A stretch of 64,000 nt of DNA from Epiperipatus broadwayi (GCA_028023455.1 JAQFVV010000010.1:10292001-10356000), one strand, 5' to 3'; numbered from the stretch's first letter, positions 23,899 to 37,242 are shown. The notes: generated from the sequence alone by a model not told the origin. Translations and numbers: made by a program.

Positions 23899-24011
23899 CT
23901 GTCTTGCGTTGTTAGCCGAGAGGTATCGCAACCGCCATGCAAGCAAGTAGTTGTTTGCAGACGGGTGTGGGTTCGCGTCCCGGCAGATGCTATGACATAT
24001 GAAAAAAAAAA
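23899..24011 (+). mobile_element. tRNA-derived short SINE, divergent young subfamily
   Basis: GCGTTGTTAGCCGAGAGG...GGTTCGCGTCCCGGC; tail TGACATATGAAAAA; 14-bp TSD AAAAACTCCTTTTC; many CpGs intact. Confidence 0.85.
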
Positions 24012-24999
24012 AAAAACTCCTTTTCAAGATTTTTAACAAAAGAAAAGTGTTTCTTTCTTATTCATGATAATATTGCCATTAAAGACATTCTATCCGTACT
24101 TATGAATATCTGATATTATCTTTCCAATAGTGTTCATCTTTAATTAATTCCACCCCTAGAAATGGAAGTGTGGTAAATCTCTTGGGCTCTATCTCATAAA
24201 AATCTTTATTGTTTAAAACACCCAGCAAATAACAATGTTATATATATTATAACCTACACTCCCAACACTGCTCATATACATTACATGAGCGAAATGCCCA
24301 GGCGCCAGTTCTATTAATGAATAGAACAATATAACAAGATATATAATACAAAACTATTATTGAGACTATATTTAAGTTTATGTTCAGCTCAGCTCAGTGG
24401 GAGGCTATAGGCAGTTCATAAGATATATGATGATAAATAAATGAAAGAAGAAATATTACAAACACTAAATATAATGTAAATCCTTTTTATTAATTAATTG
24501 TATGATAAAGAATCATGTTTATCGGTACAGTCTATTAAAATATACTTTAAACTTAATTTCTTTCTTCATCCAAATATAACATATATCAGCTTGCTATAAT
24601 TATAATACTAAACAATTCTATGACTTGGCATATCACAATCTAAACATCTACTTTAATGCCAATCAAGTAATAAACAATAAGATCTCAGGGAATTTAACAA
24701 ACACAGTTGAATTAAATAAACTACATTGGCCCATAAGTTATAATTCTAAAGTATGATAAAAATGTAATGAAACAAATTGACTAAAATATTTTTACTGTGT
24801 TTCAATAATAAGATAATGACAGAAATAGGGTATTTTAATTTCATATCATCATCTAACAAATATACTAACTTGGCAACCTTTCTAATACATTTATCCAGTG
24901 GCAAAGGTTCCTTATAATGTTTGGATTAAGAAAAACAATATTGTCAGACACCAGCAGATTTAATATTATAACTCTAAAATAATATATCTATAACTCTAA

Positions 25000-27800
25000 A
25001 ATAATATATCTGTTTTATAATAGATTTATGAAATGTGGAAATGGAAAACACGAATGTATACAATAATAACTCCAGACACAGTTTTAAGATTTTAAACAAA
25101 TAAAATAAATCATTTATTGCAATAAAATAAATTTGTTTTAACATGATATTTACAATTGGACTACTTGTCTCACAGATTTTTAAATTATCAAATAAACTTT
25201 AAGCATCAATTTGGGATTATCCCTATTATCAAAGCAAATTAACAACAAAACTTAAATATTCTGACTTCGACACATGCTTTGCTTTGCCTACATGTTTCAT
25301 CTACATGACACTAAATAAACAACATGTTATATTATTAACACACAAAAAAAATACTTTTGAGAGGATATTACCATTGATTAATAAAATAAATCAAATTAAT
25401 TGTATTTGGCTCTCAACAAAGCAACTTTCTCTAATTGACTAAATAATCACTTTCAATTACGTATACCTTTCATGCATAGCAACAAAATCATGTTCATTCT
25501 GATGATTTGATGATTTATAACCTTTATTTGAATAAATACACTGTATTTTAAAATATTTATTTCCCGTTTTAATCTCAATAACTTTATACTTCTATTTAAA
25601 TGAATGTAATGTATTTCAAAACATTTATTTTTCATTTTAATTTCAATAACTCTATACTTTATATACGCAATATTATTTATATTACGCGTGTGTGTGCGTG
25701 TCAAGCAACAATGATAGAAAATAATCTTTTCTACAAACTCTCCATTCATTAAGAAAATATACAATTATTTTATTTCCGACAATGTCGTAATTCATCAATG
25801 AAATAAGACACTAATATTACATCAAGAATTAATTTAACAATTTATCTGGCCACATATTAATTAACACAGAGCTATATTTTCATGATTATACATACTATAC
25901 GTTATAAGGGAAATCTACATGAGGAGCAGATAAACTCTTACTGAACACTTCTACAATAATTCATCTGATTCTAAATACACTGTTGGTGGGAAACCTTTTC
26001 CTCATCACCAAGAATATAAGAAAAATGTCACATAACTTCCTAAACATTATTTAATCATACTTCAACAATAATTCATCTACTTCTAAATACACTACTGATG
26101 GGGAACCTTTTTCCTCACCACCAGGGCTCTAAGAAAACATCACTTAACTTCGAAAAATATCATTTAATCATACGCATATAATATAAACTAGGCTCTACTC
26201 ATGGAAAAAACATATACTAAATAAGCAAAATCTTTTATGCCTACAGGCATTATAACCCAATCAGATTTCTTTCCATTCTCAAAACTCTTCTAAATATCGA
26301 ACATTATAAATACACGCTGGCAGATAACTACATACAGATAACATACTAATCCATTGCACTCAGTAGAATACAACAGCATCCGAAATTTATACATAAAAAT
26401 ATTCACTAACTGAACTTTATCAAACAAATGTCATAATTGTGCAAAACAGACACACACCCACGAATAAAAGTATATATAAAATTAACTCTAAATTACACAC
26501 TATGCAGGCAACATGGTAATTAAATATTGCATCAAGGTATAACTTTTAATTCAGAATAAACTTTAGGTTACTTTTTAAAATTTAATGGTTATGATTATTA
26601 TGAACGAACTTTCTTTCATATCTAGCAAACTATTTTTATTATACGTTCGTTGATTGAAAAAAGAACAAAATTCTCACTTTGAGATAATAAAGTATACAAA
26701 ATAAATATAAACCTCTCTAATAATATATTTAAAAAAATATAATAATAAGTAAGCATATTATCAATAATATACATTAATAATGACAAGCAATAAAAAAGAA
26801 ATAAAGAAACTAAAGTTATTTGTTTTGTAACTTAAAATGAACGTTCACTTGCAAAGCTCTGCTCCAGGTTTATGAAACAATATGGGACACATTCCAAACT
26901 GAATTTAATTAAAATTTCTGCAGGACAACTAAAAAAATATAATCATAACTTAAGTCTGACCCAGCACTTCCAGTGTTCATAGCATATCTATTTGAGGTAC
27001 CAAATCACACACAAGCGGTTAATTTCTCCTTTATTATACTGAAAATATAAGACATTCTCTGTTGTAGTTCTAAGTTAAATACGTAATTTTTCTTAGTAGT
27101 TTTCTTGAATAGCATTTGATACTTTATAGTCTATTATAGCATGGTTTATTCTTAAATATTGTCAATTAAGATACCATGGTTCCTTAGTAATTCCACAATT
27201 AATAATACTTTGTTTTATATTCCATCTTTATCGAAGAGAACAAAAATTACCCGCATTTCTATTCTTCCATTTGATTTAAGCAAATATTTAATTTGAAGTA
27301 ACTCACATTTTATTTCCTTCATTTAAAATACGTGTTATTTCCAGAAATACCAGATAAATAAATACTGTCATCTCTTTACGATGAATTTAAACATGGCATG
27401 ATTTATCAAAATATGCATATTCTTAATTTTATGTTTAATCCTCACAAAAACATAAGACGGAAAATAGTGAAGAATTAAAATATATTCTGTAAAATAGTTC
27501 TGCATGCGCTTTCCATATATATTAAAAGACACATGTTGGTTAGTGATACAATAATAATATTCATGCAATTTATTCTTATTTAAAATGACAAATTAAATGA
27601 AGTAATGTAGACTAGACGTTATCAACATACATTTTTAAAAGAGCACTAGTTATGAAGGGGTTAATTCAAAATGTTTAAATCAAGGAGAGCAAAGTAAACT
27701 GTGTACCTTTTTAAAATTTAGAATTCCATTCTAGTTAACTTTTCCCATAATAAATTTCTTAAGATCCTTTCGACATTTTACTCCAGTCTTTTTTTTAAAT
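25000..27800. promoter_or_regulatory. CpG-retaining zone (putative unmethylated regulatory region)
   Basis: CpG visibly frequent (ACGCGTGTGTGTGCGTG, TACGTTCGTTG, GAACGAAC) versus near absence in the flanks; not quantified. Confidence 0.4.
25960..26175. repeat. ~110-bp tandem duplication
   Basis: ACAATAATTCATCT..TTCTAAATACACT...CCTCA.CACCA...TTTAATCATAC occurs twice. Confidence 0.75.
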
Positions 27801-28759
27801 CAATTTGACTTCAGCAACTGGTTTTTAATTTTCACAATAATGAGCCACTGTTTACTGGCTACAATTACATTACATAATATGCAAATTTTTCACTGGAGAT
27901 CTTTGTTAAATAGCTCTCTTTAGCAAAAAGGTCATTTCCCTTCACAAGGTTACTCCCACGCTTCTTTTCTATCTAAGCTAATTACATATTCAAAAAAAAA
28001 AATCTTTTCTAAAAAAAAAACATTTTGATTTTAGAATTAAATCAAGACAAAAAGAATAATAAAATAAATAGCTTTTACAAACTTGAAAGAAAAATGAATA
28101 TTAATTAACTATTAAACAAAAATGATTAATAATTTATTTAATTTGTAAAATAATTCATTGATTCAACTATCTATTAATCATTGGAAAGAAATATATATTT
28201 GCTAAATTATTTAAGATAATTACTGTAATTTAAATGTTTTTATTGTACATGTACTATTGTTTACTGTTATTAAAAGATGAAAATGAAATGAAACATAATA
28301 CAGACATATATGCATGCACATGTATTGCAACCTAAATATTAAACTATCCTAACTAAATATAATTGAAATGGCTATTAATTGTTGACAAAAGGATAAGTAT
28401 TAATGAATAAAGGATTTTGAAACCATTCAACCAAATATTACACTAACATAAAATAACTTTGCATCTTTCTGACAAAATGTATCAATTCCTATAATAACAA
28501 CCCCTCTCTCTGGCATTAAATACTTCACTAACCACAATAATAATAATGAGTACCTATAAAGTGGTCAATCAACTGCACAAGCAACCCATATCTAAGCTTC
28601 AAACAATTTCCAAAAAAAAAAAATTTAAAATTCTAAGGCTATTTCATTTTTTTTTTAATATAATATAATTATTCAATGCAGATACAAAGTATGTCAATTC
28701 CTTGTACCCATTCAGATGGTCACAATATATATGTGTGTGTGTAAAAATTGTAAAGCTTC

Positions 28760-29010
28760 TTACATAGGTATGAGTAATCATAGTATCAGTGTTAAAAGAG
28801 ATGAGCATGATAAAACAACACTCATCTTCATCAACACTCTCACTCCATACTATAGATTCAGGTCATAAAATTGATTTTTCTAGTATCAGGATCATATCCA
28901 GATGTGATAATCTCTACCAGTGTAAAATTAGAGAAGCCATTGAGATACATAAAATGCCAGATTGTATCAATAAGTGAGATGCTACATGCAAACTTCCTCC
29001 TATTTGGAAA
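28760..29010 (+). pseudogene. Penelope-like GIY-YIG domain C-terminal fragment (ORF 28789-28977)
   Basis: STLSLHTIDSGHKIDFSSIRIISRCDNLYQCKIREAIEIHKMPDCINK fits the PLE pattern S.L..H....GH.IDF...IL......R.IREAIEI.K....IN. Confidence 0.8.
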
Positions 29011-29701
29011 GATTTTTTTAAAAAACATTCTTAAATTTAACATTTTTGCTATTGGCAGAACTTTAACGTTTCTTTCAAATCAGTGATTGTAGCGCCTCTA
29101 CAACCGTCTTTCTATCTTTTATCACCCAGTGGATAACTTGTGTGACCAAATAGAAACATCGGTATATCAATATTTAAATTTTTTAACATGGATGAACCCG
29201 CAAAATATGTATTTATATATATATACACACAATTATTTTACTTGATTATTAAAGGTCAGTTACTAAAAGTGAGATTCAGACATCATTTTTGTACAATTGA
29301 TTGCTCGTTAAATAATTATTATTGCAATATTTTCAACTGGATGAATTTTGATCAATATTGGAAAAGGTAAGTTTATAAACATCAAAAGCAGAAAAAATAA
29401 ATTGATTCATTCTGTTTATGATTCTTTGTCAATAAAGTGTTATTTATTGATGATAGACTGAGTGAGTAGTGGTTTATTTCCATAATTATATATTTTCTAG
29501 GTCTTATTTAATAATATTTTGCATTCAAGAAGAATAAATGTCTAACATTAATAATATCTAACAACAGCAATAAACTTTATACATAAATGTAATAAGATTT
29601 AACCTTGAACTCCAAACAATGATTTTATGACCATACTGAAGAGCATTACCATTTTCAAACCTATTTCTGGTGATGTTAATCAATCAGCAATACTATTTCC
29701 C

Positions 29702-29940
29702 ACTCATCATCATTCATTCATATAGCTATATCTCTACCAATATACATATCAAACTTTATATATATATATAATAATCTAAGATAATTACTCATCATCGTTC
29801 ATTCATATCGCTATATCTCTACTGATATACATATCAATCTATATATATAATAATCTAAGATAATTACTCATCATCATTCATTTCTATCGCTATATCTCTA
29901 CTAATATACATATCAATCTATATACATAATAATCTAAGAT
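29702..29940. repeat. Minisatellite, 3 copies of ~80 bp
   Basis: ACTCATCATC.TTCATT..TAT.GCTATATCTCTAC..ATATACATATCAA..TATATA..ATAATCTAAGATA starting at 29702, 29787 and 29866. Confidence 0.9.
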
Positions 29941-30507
29941 ACCTGAACTCTCTGGACATTTTTATTTGTTTTGGCTGGTGCCATTTATCAAGGGCTATCA
30001 CAATGCCAACAGAAACTCAGGTTTAAACTTTATCCATTAAGTGGTTATCCCATCAGTAATGAACAGTAGTTAGGGATATAAGAAATTCAAGCATACTATT
30101 GCATTATTTAACTATGTAAGTTTAAAACATCTTGCTGAATTGTTGAAATGCAAGAATGGGAATTAAATATAGGCCAAAGTTTGAAATTCATTTTATTTAA
30201 ACATATTAGCAATACCCTAAATACATCACTACATTTCCTCAAATAAAAAACTCTGCTAAATGTAATGTATGACCACTGATAAGGCATTAAGACAATTTAT
30301 TACAATGTAATGGTGTTTAATAATTACTACTATTTATGCCTGATCGATGTTTTATTTATACACATTGAAAAAATAATTTATAATCAAATAAAATTGCATA
30401 ATATACATATAATATTACCCATAACTGAATATAATTACACAAACAAATATATAATAAATATTAGTTCATGAATGTATGGTATTAAAACTTTGTCACATGT
30501 GACATAC

Positions 30508-30704
30508 TTTCTGTGGCAGTGCAACTTTCCAATTTTCAATATTGTTCCAAGCTGTTTATACACGACAACATATTTTATCCTTAGTGCTTCCAATTTCAGA
30601 TTGGCAAATGAATGTTTAACTCTATCCATCATTTTTTCCTTATCACAGGCTATCAAATAAATGGTTACTTCAATTTCTTTATCATCAATTTCTCTTTCTT
30701 CGGG
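30508..30704 (-). CDS. Candidate internal coding exon of an unidentified host gene (PEEREIDDKEIEVTIYLIACDKEKMMDRVKHSFANLKLEALRIKYVVVYKQLGTILKIGKLHCHR)
   Basis: Acceptor TATTTATTTTCTAG, donor GTATGT; 197-bp open frame; higher GC than the flanks. Confidence 0.65.
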
Positions 30705-31298
30705 CTAGAAAATAAATAGTTAAATCTATTTATCCTTAGTTTTTCTGATTTCATAATGGAAAACAAATGATTAAGTCAATTTATTTCCTTAAGATCGGTA
30801 AACTCACTTATACAATTGAATTTCATGTTAAACTGGTCAGCATTGGTATGTTGTTTTTTTTCATGATTTATAACAAGTAGAATTTTGGAGGGGGTTTGCA
30901 AGTGTCATATTTTTTCCAAATAATGAGATGATCACCACTTTTCCTTTTAAGCGGGGGTATATTTTTCAGACTTCTATTGAGATTTGTTTGGGTAGAGATG
31001 GACACTTGTAGAGGATCACTAGCAATTCATATTACAGCCACACTAACACTTAATTTATTGGATTATTTCATAGTTATTTTGTTATAATAGTGAAGGTATT
31101 CTTCCACTAAAAACTATACAACATGTTGTGTTTAACTTCACTGCAGAAGGTACAAAGTATATTCAGTCTGTTAGCAAAAATGCATTCCGTTCTTAATCAG
31201 TCATCACAGCCCTTTTATAGCTAGTCATAATCACATTAAAAAGTGTTATTCAACACTTTAAGCTGTTCCTCCAAAATTATCTTATCTATTATGAATCA

Positions 31299-31478
31299 AG
31301 CCAATAAACATCACATGACCACCACCTCTTATGCTTGTGTATAACTGTTGTTAAAACAGGCAAAACTCACTATACGTATTGCCACACACAACAAGCTAGA
31401 GTAATCAATGGATGCCAGAAGGCTTGTGCATAAAATCCCCATCTAGTGCCTACTCATCCAATATCCCCAGACTAGTTT
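31299..31478 (-). mobile_element. Family A copy truncated at the HHR GAAA
   Basis: Ends ATATCCCCAGACTAGTTT; TSD TA(T/C)CTATT(A/T)TGAATCA (31283-31298, 31479-31494). Confidence 0.8.
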
Positions 31479-32057
31479 TACCTATTTTGAATCAGTCTTT
31501 AATTATATAATTTCTTGATCAACAACAACTTTAATTTTTTTTTTAAAAAAAAATTAAAATCAAGAAACAGAGAAAAGAGAAAATTGAGAAAAACATTTTG
31601 CTCTTTTACAAATTTAAAATTGTTTTAAAACAATGTTTAACTATTAATTTTAATAACTTGATAATTTCTTTAATTCTAACAATTTTGATTTATTTCTTCA
31701 ACAGTAAGCAATATTTTAATTTAATTTATTTTGCTTTACTACAATTATAAGTTATTGTTATAAACTTATTATTTTATTATTTTGTTTTTTTAATAAGGAT
31801 ATAAAATATTAAAAAGAGTGTACTAACATATTTTAACCACTACTACAGGAATTTAATTAACCTTCCTTTTAGTCAGTCTAAATCATTACAAGATTTTCTT
31901 TTTTTAAATTTGTAAGTAATTACAAAGGCTGCAATATATATATATTAAAATAAGAACAAATATAGTAATAAAAGCATTAGAAAAATTAAAAAATTTCATT
32001 TTTTTTATCATGACCATGGTTCACTTATTAAAGAAATATACCTTTCTCAATTGAAAA

Positions 32058-32140
32058 GGTCAGTGACAGCTGCTTTACAAGCAGTTGTCCTGGGTTAGCG
32101 AGTTCGCTTCCTGGTTGATGCTATGACACATGGGGAAAAA
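32058..32140 (+). mobile_element. 5'-truncated tRNA-Gly-derived SINE
   Basis: CAGCTGCTTTACAAGCAGTTGTCCTGGGTT..GTTCGCTTCCTGG..TGACACATGGGGAAAAAA matches 1220-1300. Confidence 0.75.
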
Positions 32141-32424
32141 ACTATTAACAATACATATGCATGAATCACAAATACTACCACCCACATATCAAAGACAATT
32201 GACAATTACTCTTAACATTAAAAAAGTTTACATAAGATTGATAACTTCAGATTCATAATGATTAATCAAAATATCTCTTTGTCTTCGCTTTTGATAGCAT
32301 TATATTCATAAAAAAACAAATTTTGCATCAGTGACTAATATTTTGTTCATAAATTTGTAAGCTGAACTAAAGTATCTATTTTGAATTTTATTTTTATGAT
32401 TTTTTTTATAAAGATTTAATTTAC

Positions 32425-32503
32425 TTTTGTCTGTATATATGTATTAAACCAGCTTCTTGGAATTTTATAATCTCTTCCTGTATGTTTACTATCTTCCAGC
32501 TCT
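32425..32503 (-). CDS. Candidate coding exon (ELEDSKHTGRDYKIPRSWFNTYIQTK)
   Basis: AATAATTCTAG acceptor, GTAAAT donor; 79 bp; ends in phase 0, compatible with exon 30508-30704. Confidence 0.45.
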
Positions 32504-33614
32504 CTAGAATTATTAAATAATAAATTTAGACAAAATCTTTCAAGAAATTCTTATATTCCTTCCTTTTCAAAAAATGATGGTTTTTATTACTCGTGGAATA
32601 AATAGATGATTTAAAAGGCAAAGAAATAAATTATTTTTATTATTATTAATTACACTCTTCAGTAGTTGTAACTTATGCCCCATGTGGCCACAAGAGGCAC
32701 TGTTTGTGTCAACCATAGAAATATTCAGAGTAGGGGGCCAAATCAAAATTATAATTATTATTAAATAAAATATTTTTAATAAATTTTTGAGAATAATCCT
32801 AAGGAATATATTTACTGCCGATTATTTTCTTTGAATAAATAATCATAGATTTATTATTTGGGAATTCATCAGAAATTCAAACACCAGAAGTAATAGAGTT
32901 GGGGCACAAGTTATGAATTCTGGGCTTCGGAGTCTATCACTTTACCATTGTGTCAAACCACATAGGGTGTTTAGCCTAATTAAAACATTATTTTCCAAAC
33001 TATTTAACATTTTTTTAAATATAACATAACTCCTTAATGCAGTCTCCATATAGGCAAATGACTGACAACTGCCAAATCTTAATCAAAGAATGCTTAAATT
33101 TTTATCTTTAATAAAATGATTGCAAAATAATATACATTAAACTCTTATCTTTAATAACAATCAAATTTAAAAACTTTCATTTATCAAAATACAAAGTAGC
33201 TCCTTTTTCTCAATAGAGAAGCCAATAAAATGGAGTCATGAACCAGGTTATAATTTTTTCCAAGCTTCTCTTGCATATAAATGTATATAGCATATAATAG
33301 TTCACATTTGGTTGATAAACATTGATTAAATTAGAATACTTATTGTTTACTGAACTGTAGTCTATTAATATTTTTAAATGTATCAACAAATTGATACATA
33401 ATTTCATTATTAAGGCTATCAAATACACAATTCTCATTAGTGTTAAAAGTATAGACTCTACTAAAAAATAAAAAATAAAAATATAAAAAAATCACTAAAC
33501 CCAAAACAATATTTTAAAAACTTAATTAAATATTTAGAAATTCATTCACCTATTCTCACACTGTAAAATCAAAAATACAACTCGAAGGAAAATTGACTTT
33601 ATGAGATTTAAGAT

Positions 33615-34015
33615 TAAACAAGGCAAAACTCCATACAGTAGTGTTACCCTGTGCCAACCAGAGTAATCAATGGATGCCAGAAGGTTTGTGCATAAGATTC
33701 CTATATAGTGCCTACTCATCCAATATCCCCAGACTAGTTTCTGGCTTGTTGCCTTCGTCAGTGAGGAGCCTTGGATCTGAGAGCACTGCACCTAGATCTT
33801 AGGATCTAATGCAATCCTCCAGCAGCTACCTTTTACCTCTATTTAACTACAAAACTATGAGAATGAAATTGAAAACACAATAATATTTTCAATCTAAGCT
33901 TAATAGCTTATATAATCATATGGGTCTGAACTCAGTTCAGCACCCATACATTTTGGTGTCTTTGGCTCTTTAACAACCATAGCCACCACTATCATATTAG
34001 GCAGGATTGGTGTTA
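33615..34015 (-). mobile_element. Family A near unit-length permuted monomer
   Basis: Colinear with 7405-7810, including the spacer CTACAAAACTATGAGAATGAAATTGAAAAC...CATAGCCACCACTATC. Confidence 0.9.
33726..33767 (-). ncRNA. Type I hammerhead ribozyme (family A)
   Basis: Minus strand TCCTCA CTGACGA AGGC AACAA GCCA GAAA CTAGTC TGGGGA. Confidence 0.8.
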
Positions 34016-34124
34016 AAAAAACTTCATGTGTAAGATAATCACTAAGATACCAGTGCAAGTTAGTTACTCCAATCAAAAATCTTTAACTTTTGTTATAATT
34101 TTCATAATTTAGATTTTATTTGTG

Positions 34125-34365
34125 TGTGTATATTGGACAGTGGAGAAGATTGAAGTCTATCCATTAAAGTTTGAAGACTTACTCTCTTAATATAAACCAA
34201 GTACTGATTATATATATGTGAGGAGAAGACAATCCAGACCAACTGATGAGTGCTGGTTCGGCATGAAATACATATATTGGAGATCATTTATCTTTTTCAC
34301 ATGTATGTGGTCATAAGATGAAGTGTATAACTAAAGGGAGTTTGAAAGTCTGGGTTCAAAGTATA
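34125..34365 (+). mobile_element. Family B partial copy with HHR
   Basis: HHR 34238-34281: ACCAA CTGATGA GTGCT GGTTC GGCAT GAAA TACATA TA TTGGA. Confidence 0.8.
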
Positions 34366-34754
34366 TATACTATACTTGTATTTAAAATGCCCATTAATAT
34401 ACATTTACTTAATAAATTCTTCAAGAGTAAAAAAGAAATAGGAAGAAAAATAATAGAATGAAAATAGAAATTGTATCTATATGACTAATTATCTTAAAAA
34501 AAAAAGGTAATGTTTTTCAATTGTGATAGTTGTGAACTTGGTAGATAAAAGGTTCTTGTATCAAATCTCATCTTAAATAAAGTAAAACCAAAAATTTTTT
34601 CAATTCATAAGTTCAATGGGATGATTCCACTTGGATGCTTAAATAATGTATGATTTTTCAACCAATAACCATATTTATTTTTTAAGTAAAAAACTGTAAT
34701 TAATTTGTATTAGTTTATTTAAACAAAATATGAAATTTGCCAAATTTTTTTATA

Positions 34755-34915
34755 TCATCATCATCAACCATTATCAATCCACTGCTCTAATTTTTAGTTT
34801 CTCTTCTCCACATCACCCCTGCACACTTTCTTATTTCATCCATCCATCTCATATGTGGTCACTTTCTGGGTCTTTTACAATCATTTGGAATCCAGTTTAA
34901 GATTTCAATTTTTAT
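34755..34915 (-). mobile_element. RTE-clade LINE 3' end
   Basis: Reverse complement of 2030-2230, with (ATC)n at its left end. Confidence 0.8.
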
Positions 34916-35211
34916 ATAGGAAGCATTATTTTGCTTACAGGAAATGAGAATAAAAAAATGAAAGGAAAAATAATTTTATCAATGCTGTATCTAAATTATG
35001 TAATCGTGTTAGTCAAATTTAAGCTTATGTATATTTTTTATATTCTATAATATTAAAAGCCATCGACATAAATACATTGCAAAAAAAAATAATAAATACA
35101 ATTTTCAATGCCAGTCTAAATAAAAATTAAAAAAAAAAAGAGATGGAATAAATATCTTAGCAAAGAATGAAAACAAATAGTTTATTCAAAAGAAATCAAA
35201 GTATTGTTTAC

Positions 35212-35284
35212 TTATAGCTTTGTGTAACAAAATTCTGTCTATCTGCTTTATATATTGTAGTTCCTTGTATTAAAAACTGTTGCC
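35212..35284 (-). CDS. Candidate coding exon (xQQFLIQGTTIYKADRQNFVTQSY)
   Basis: TGTTGTTCAG acceptor, GTAAAC donor; 73 bp; ends in phase 2, compatible with exon 32425-32503. Confidence 0.35.
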
Positions 35285-35402
35285 CTGAACAACAATCAGT
35301 AACTTATGATCCAAGGTCACTAAGTGATTCGCAAATATATTTGAGATGATCCACTGATTGTTTTCCAAAGAAGTAGAGACTTTTATTACTTAAAAAGATA
35401 TA

Positions 35403-35859
35403 TACATTGTACAGGCTTAAACCTGCATTTATATATGTAATATATGTGGGTTAGAACTCAGACTTTCACATGACCCACCACTCTCAGTACCATATCATAT
35501 TTCTGACCCACCTGATCACACACATGCTGAAAAGATAAATAATCACCAATATACGTATTTCATGCTAAACCAGCAATTATCAATTGGTCCAGATTACTAT
35601 CCTCACACATATATACAATCAGTGCTCAGCTTTATATTAAGATAGCCAATCTTCATACTTTAATGGACAGACTTCAAACTATTCCAACGCAGAACTCTTT
35701 AGTCTTCCATTTCATTGAAAATCTGATGATGGAACGTTCAAAGCCCTTGTTAGTGCCAAGGTGGGATAGTAATCTGGACCAACTAATGATTGCTGTTTTA
35801 GCATGAAATATGTTTATTGGTGATTATTTATCTTTTCAACATGTGTGTGATCAGGTGGG
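35403..35859. mobile_element. Family B head-to-head insertion; both HHR cores mutated
   Basis: Minus part to ~35760, plus part after; 13-bp TSD TTAAAAAGATATA (35390-35402, 35860-35872). Confidence 0.85.
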
Positions 35860-36448
35860 TTAAAAAGATATAATAAATTAATATCTTAGTGGATTCATAT
35901 TTTAACAATAATTATTCATTTATTATTTTTATATTTAATATAAACACATCAATTTTAGCCTAATGAATGATTCCATATTTAGTTTTGTCATATTTTTTCC
36001 AGAGAATTTTGATGAAAATAAAGATATGCAAAGAATATACTATTTTTTATTTTCTAAGAACCAATAACTTTAAAAGGAAATTCATCGATTACCTATTGAA
36101 ATTCAGAATAACAAATTCAAAGCAAAATAGAAAGAAATTTAGATTTGCAAATATGCAAATAAAATTATATAAGAATATCGGGCATTTTTTCTTGATAGTT
36201 TGTAACAACGAAAAAATGGTAGTATCTAATTTAACTATTTTTGGCTTGGTTATCTTTTATCTGTGAACAAATCTTTTTCCAAGTGAATTATATTTTAACT
36301 CCATTAAAAATTGAATTGATGCAGGACAATTCAGACATGTATTTGCACAAAAATGTCAAAATTACAAATCAGATTTAGAGACTTTTATGGAGACAAAAAC
36401 ATTATCAATAAATTTTTTAATCTCATAAATTTTTAACTTATATAAATA

Positions 36449-36861
36449 TTTGAAATACAGGCACCCTTCACATACCTGGAGCCTAATTATAAATATAAGG
36501 AATTTGAACTCAGATTTTCAAGCACCTTCAACTATCCATACTATCTCATACCACTGATACACATGACCACATACATGTAGAAAAGATAAATAATCACCAA
36601 TATATGTATTTCATGCTAAACCAGTACTCATCAGTTGGTCTAGATTATTATCTCCCATATATATATAATCAGTGCTGAGTTTATATTAAGATAGCAAATC
36701 CTCATACTTTAATGGGCAGGCTTCAATCCACTCCAACCTCCAATTATTTAGCCATCCATACCATTTATTTTTTCTACATGTATGTGGTCATGTGTATTAG
36801 TGGTATGAGATAGTATGGATAGTTGAAGGGTGCTTGAAAGTCTGAGTTCAAATCCCTTATA
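36449..36861. mobile_element. Family B head-to-head insertion
   Basis: 16-bp TSD TTAACTTATATAAATA (36433-36448, 36862-36877). Confidence 0.85.
36596..36639 (-). ncRNA. Type I hammerhead ribozyme (family B)
   Basis: Minus strand ACCAA CTGATGA GTACT GGTTT AGCAT GAAA TACATA TA TTGGT. Confidence 0.7.
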
Positions 36862-37242
36862 TTAACTTATATAAATAAATTTTACAAGTTTCTGCTGTTT
36901 TGCATTTTTTAGTTAATTTAACAATAGCATAAGAAGTTTTTCTACAAAGTGCTTTTGATATTTTTAATGTGTGAGTTTGCATTATAAGAAGAATAATGTA
37001 TTTTATATCTTCATATGCCTATTAACCTGTATTTATTGATATCATTTTTCATATTTCTTATAAATTTTGTTAATTATCCTCATTTTACATTTTTGATATG
37101 ATACAAAATATTTAATAGGAATAAGATACAAAATATTTAATAGAAGATTGCCATTCACTTTATGTAGACTTTGTTTGTTTGATTGATCTCTCATAGTGAA
37201 AGACTATTTAAGAATTTTCAGAAACTATAATCATCACAATAT

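Noticed and set aside
29281-29366. Plus-strand exon with a strong AAG/GTAAGT donor
   Set aside because: Weak acceptor, no partner exons, unrecognisable peptide.
29702-29940. CRISPR-like array
   Set aside because: Contiguous tandem units without unique spacers, in eukaryotic context.
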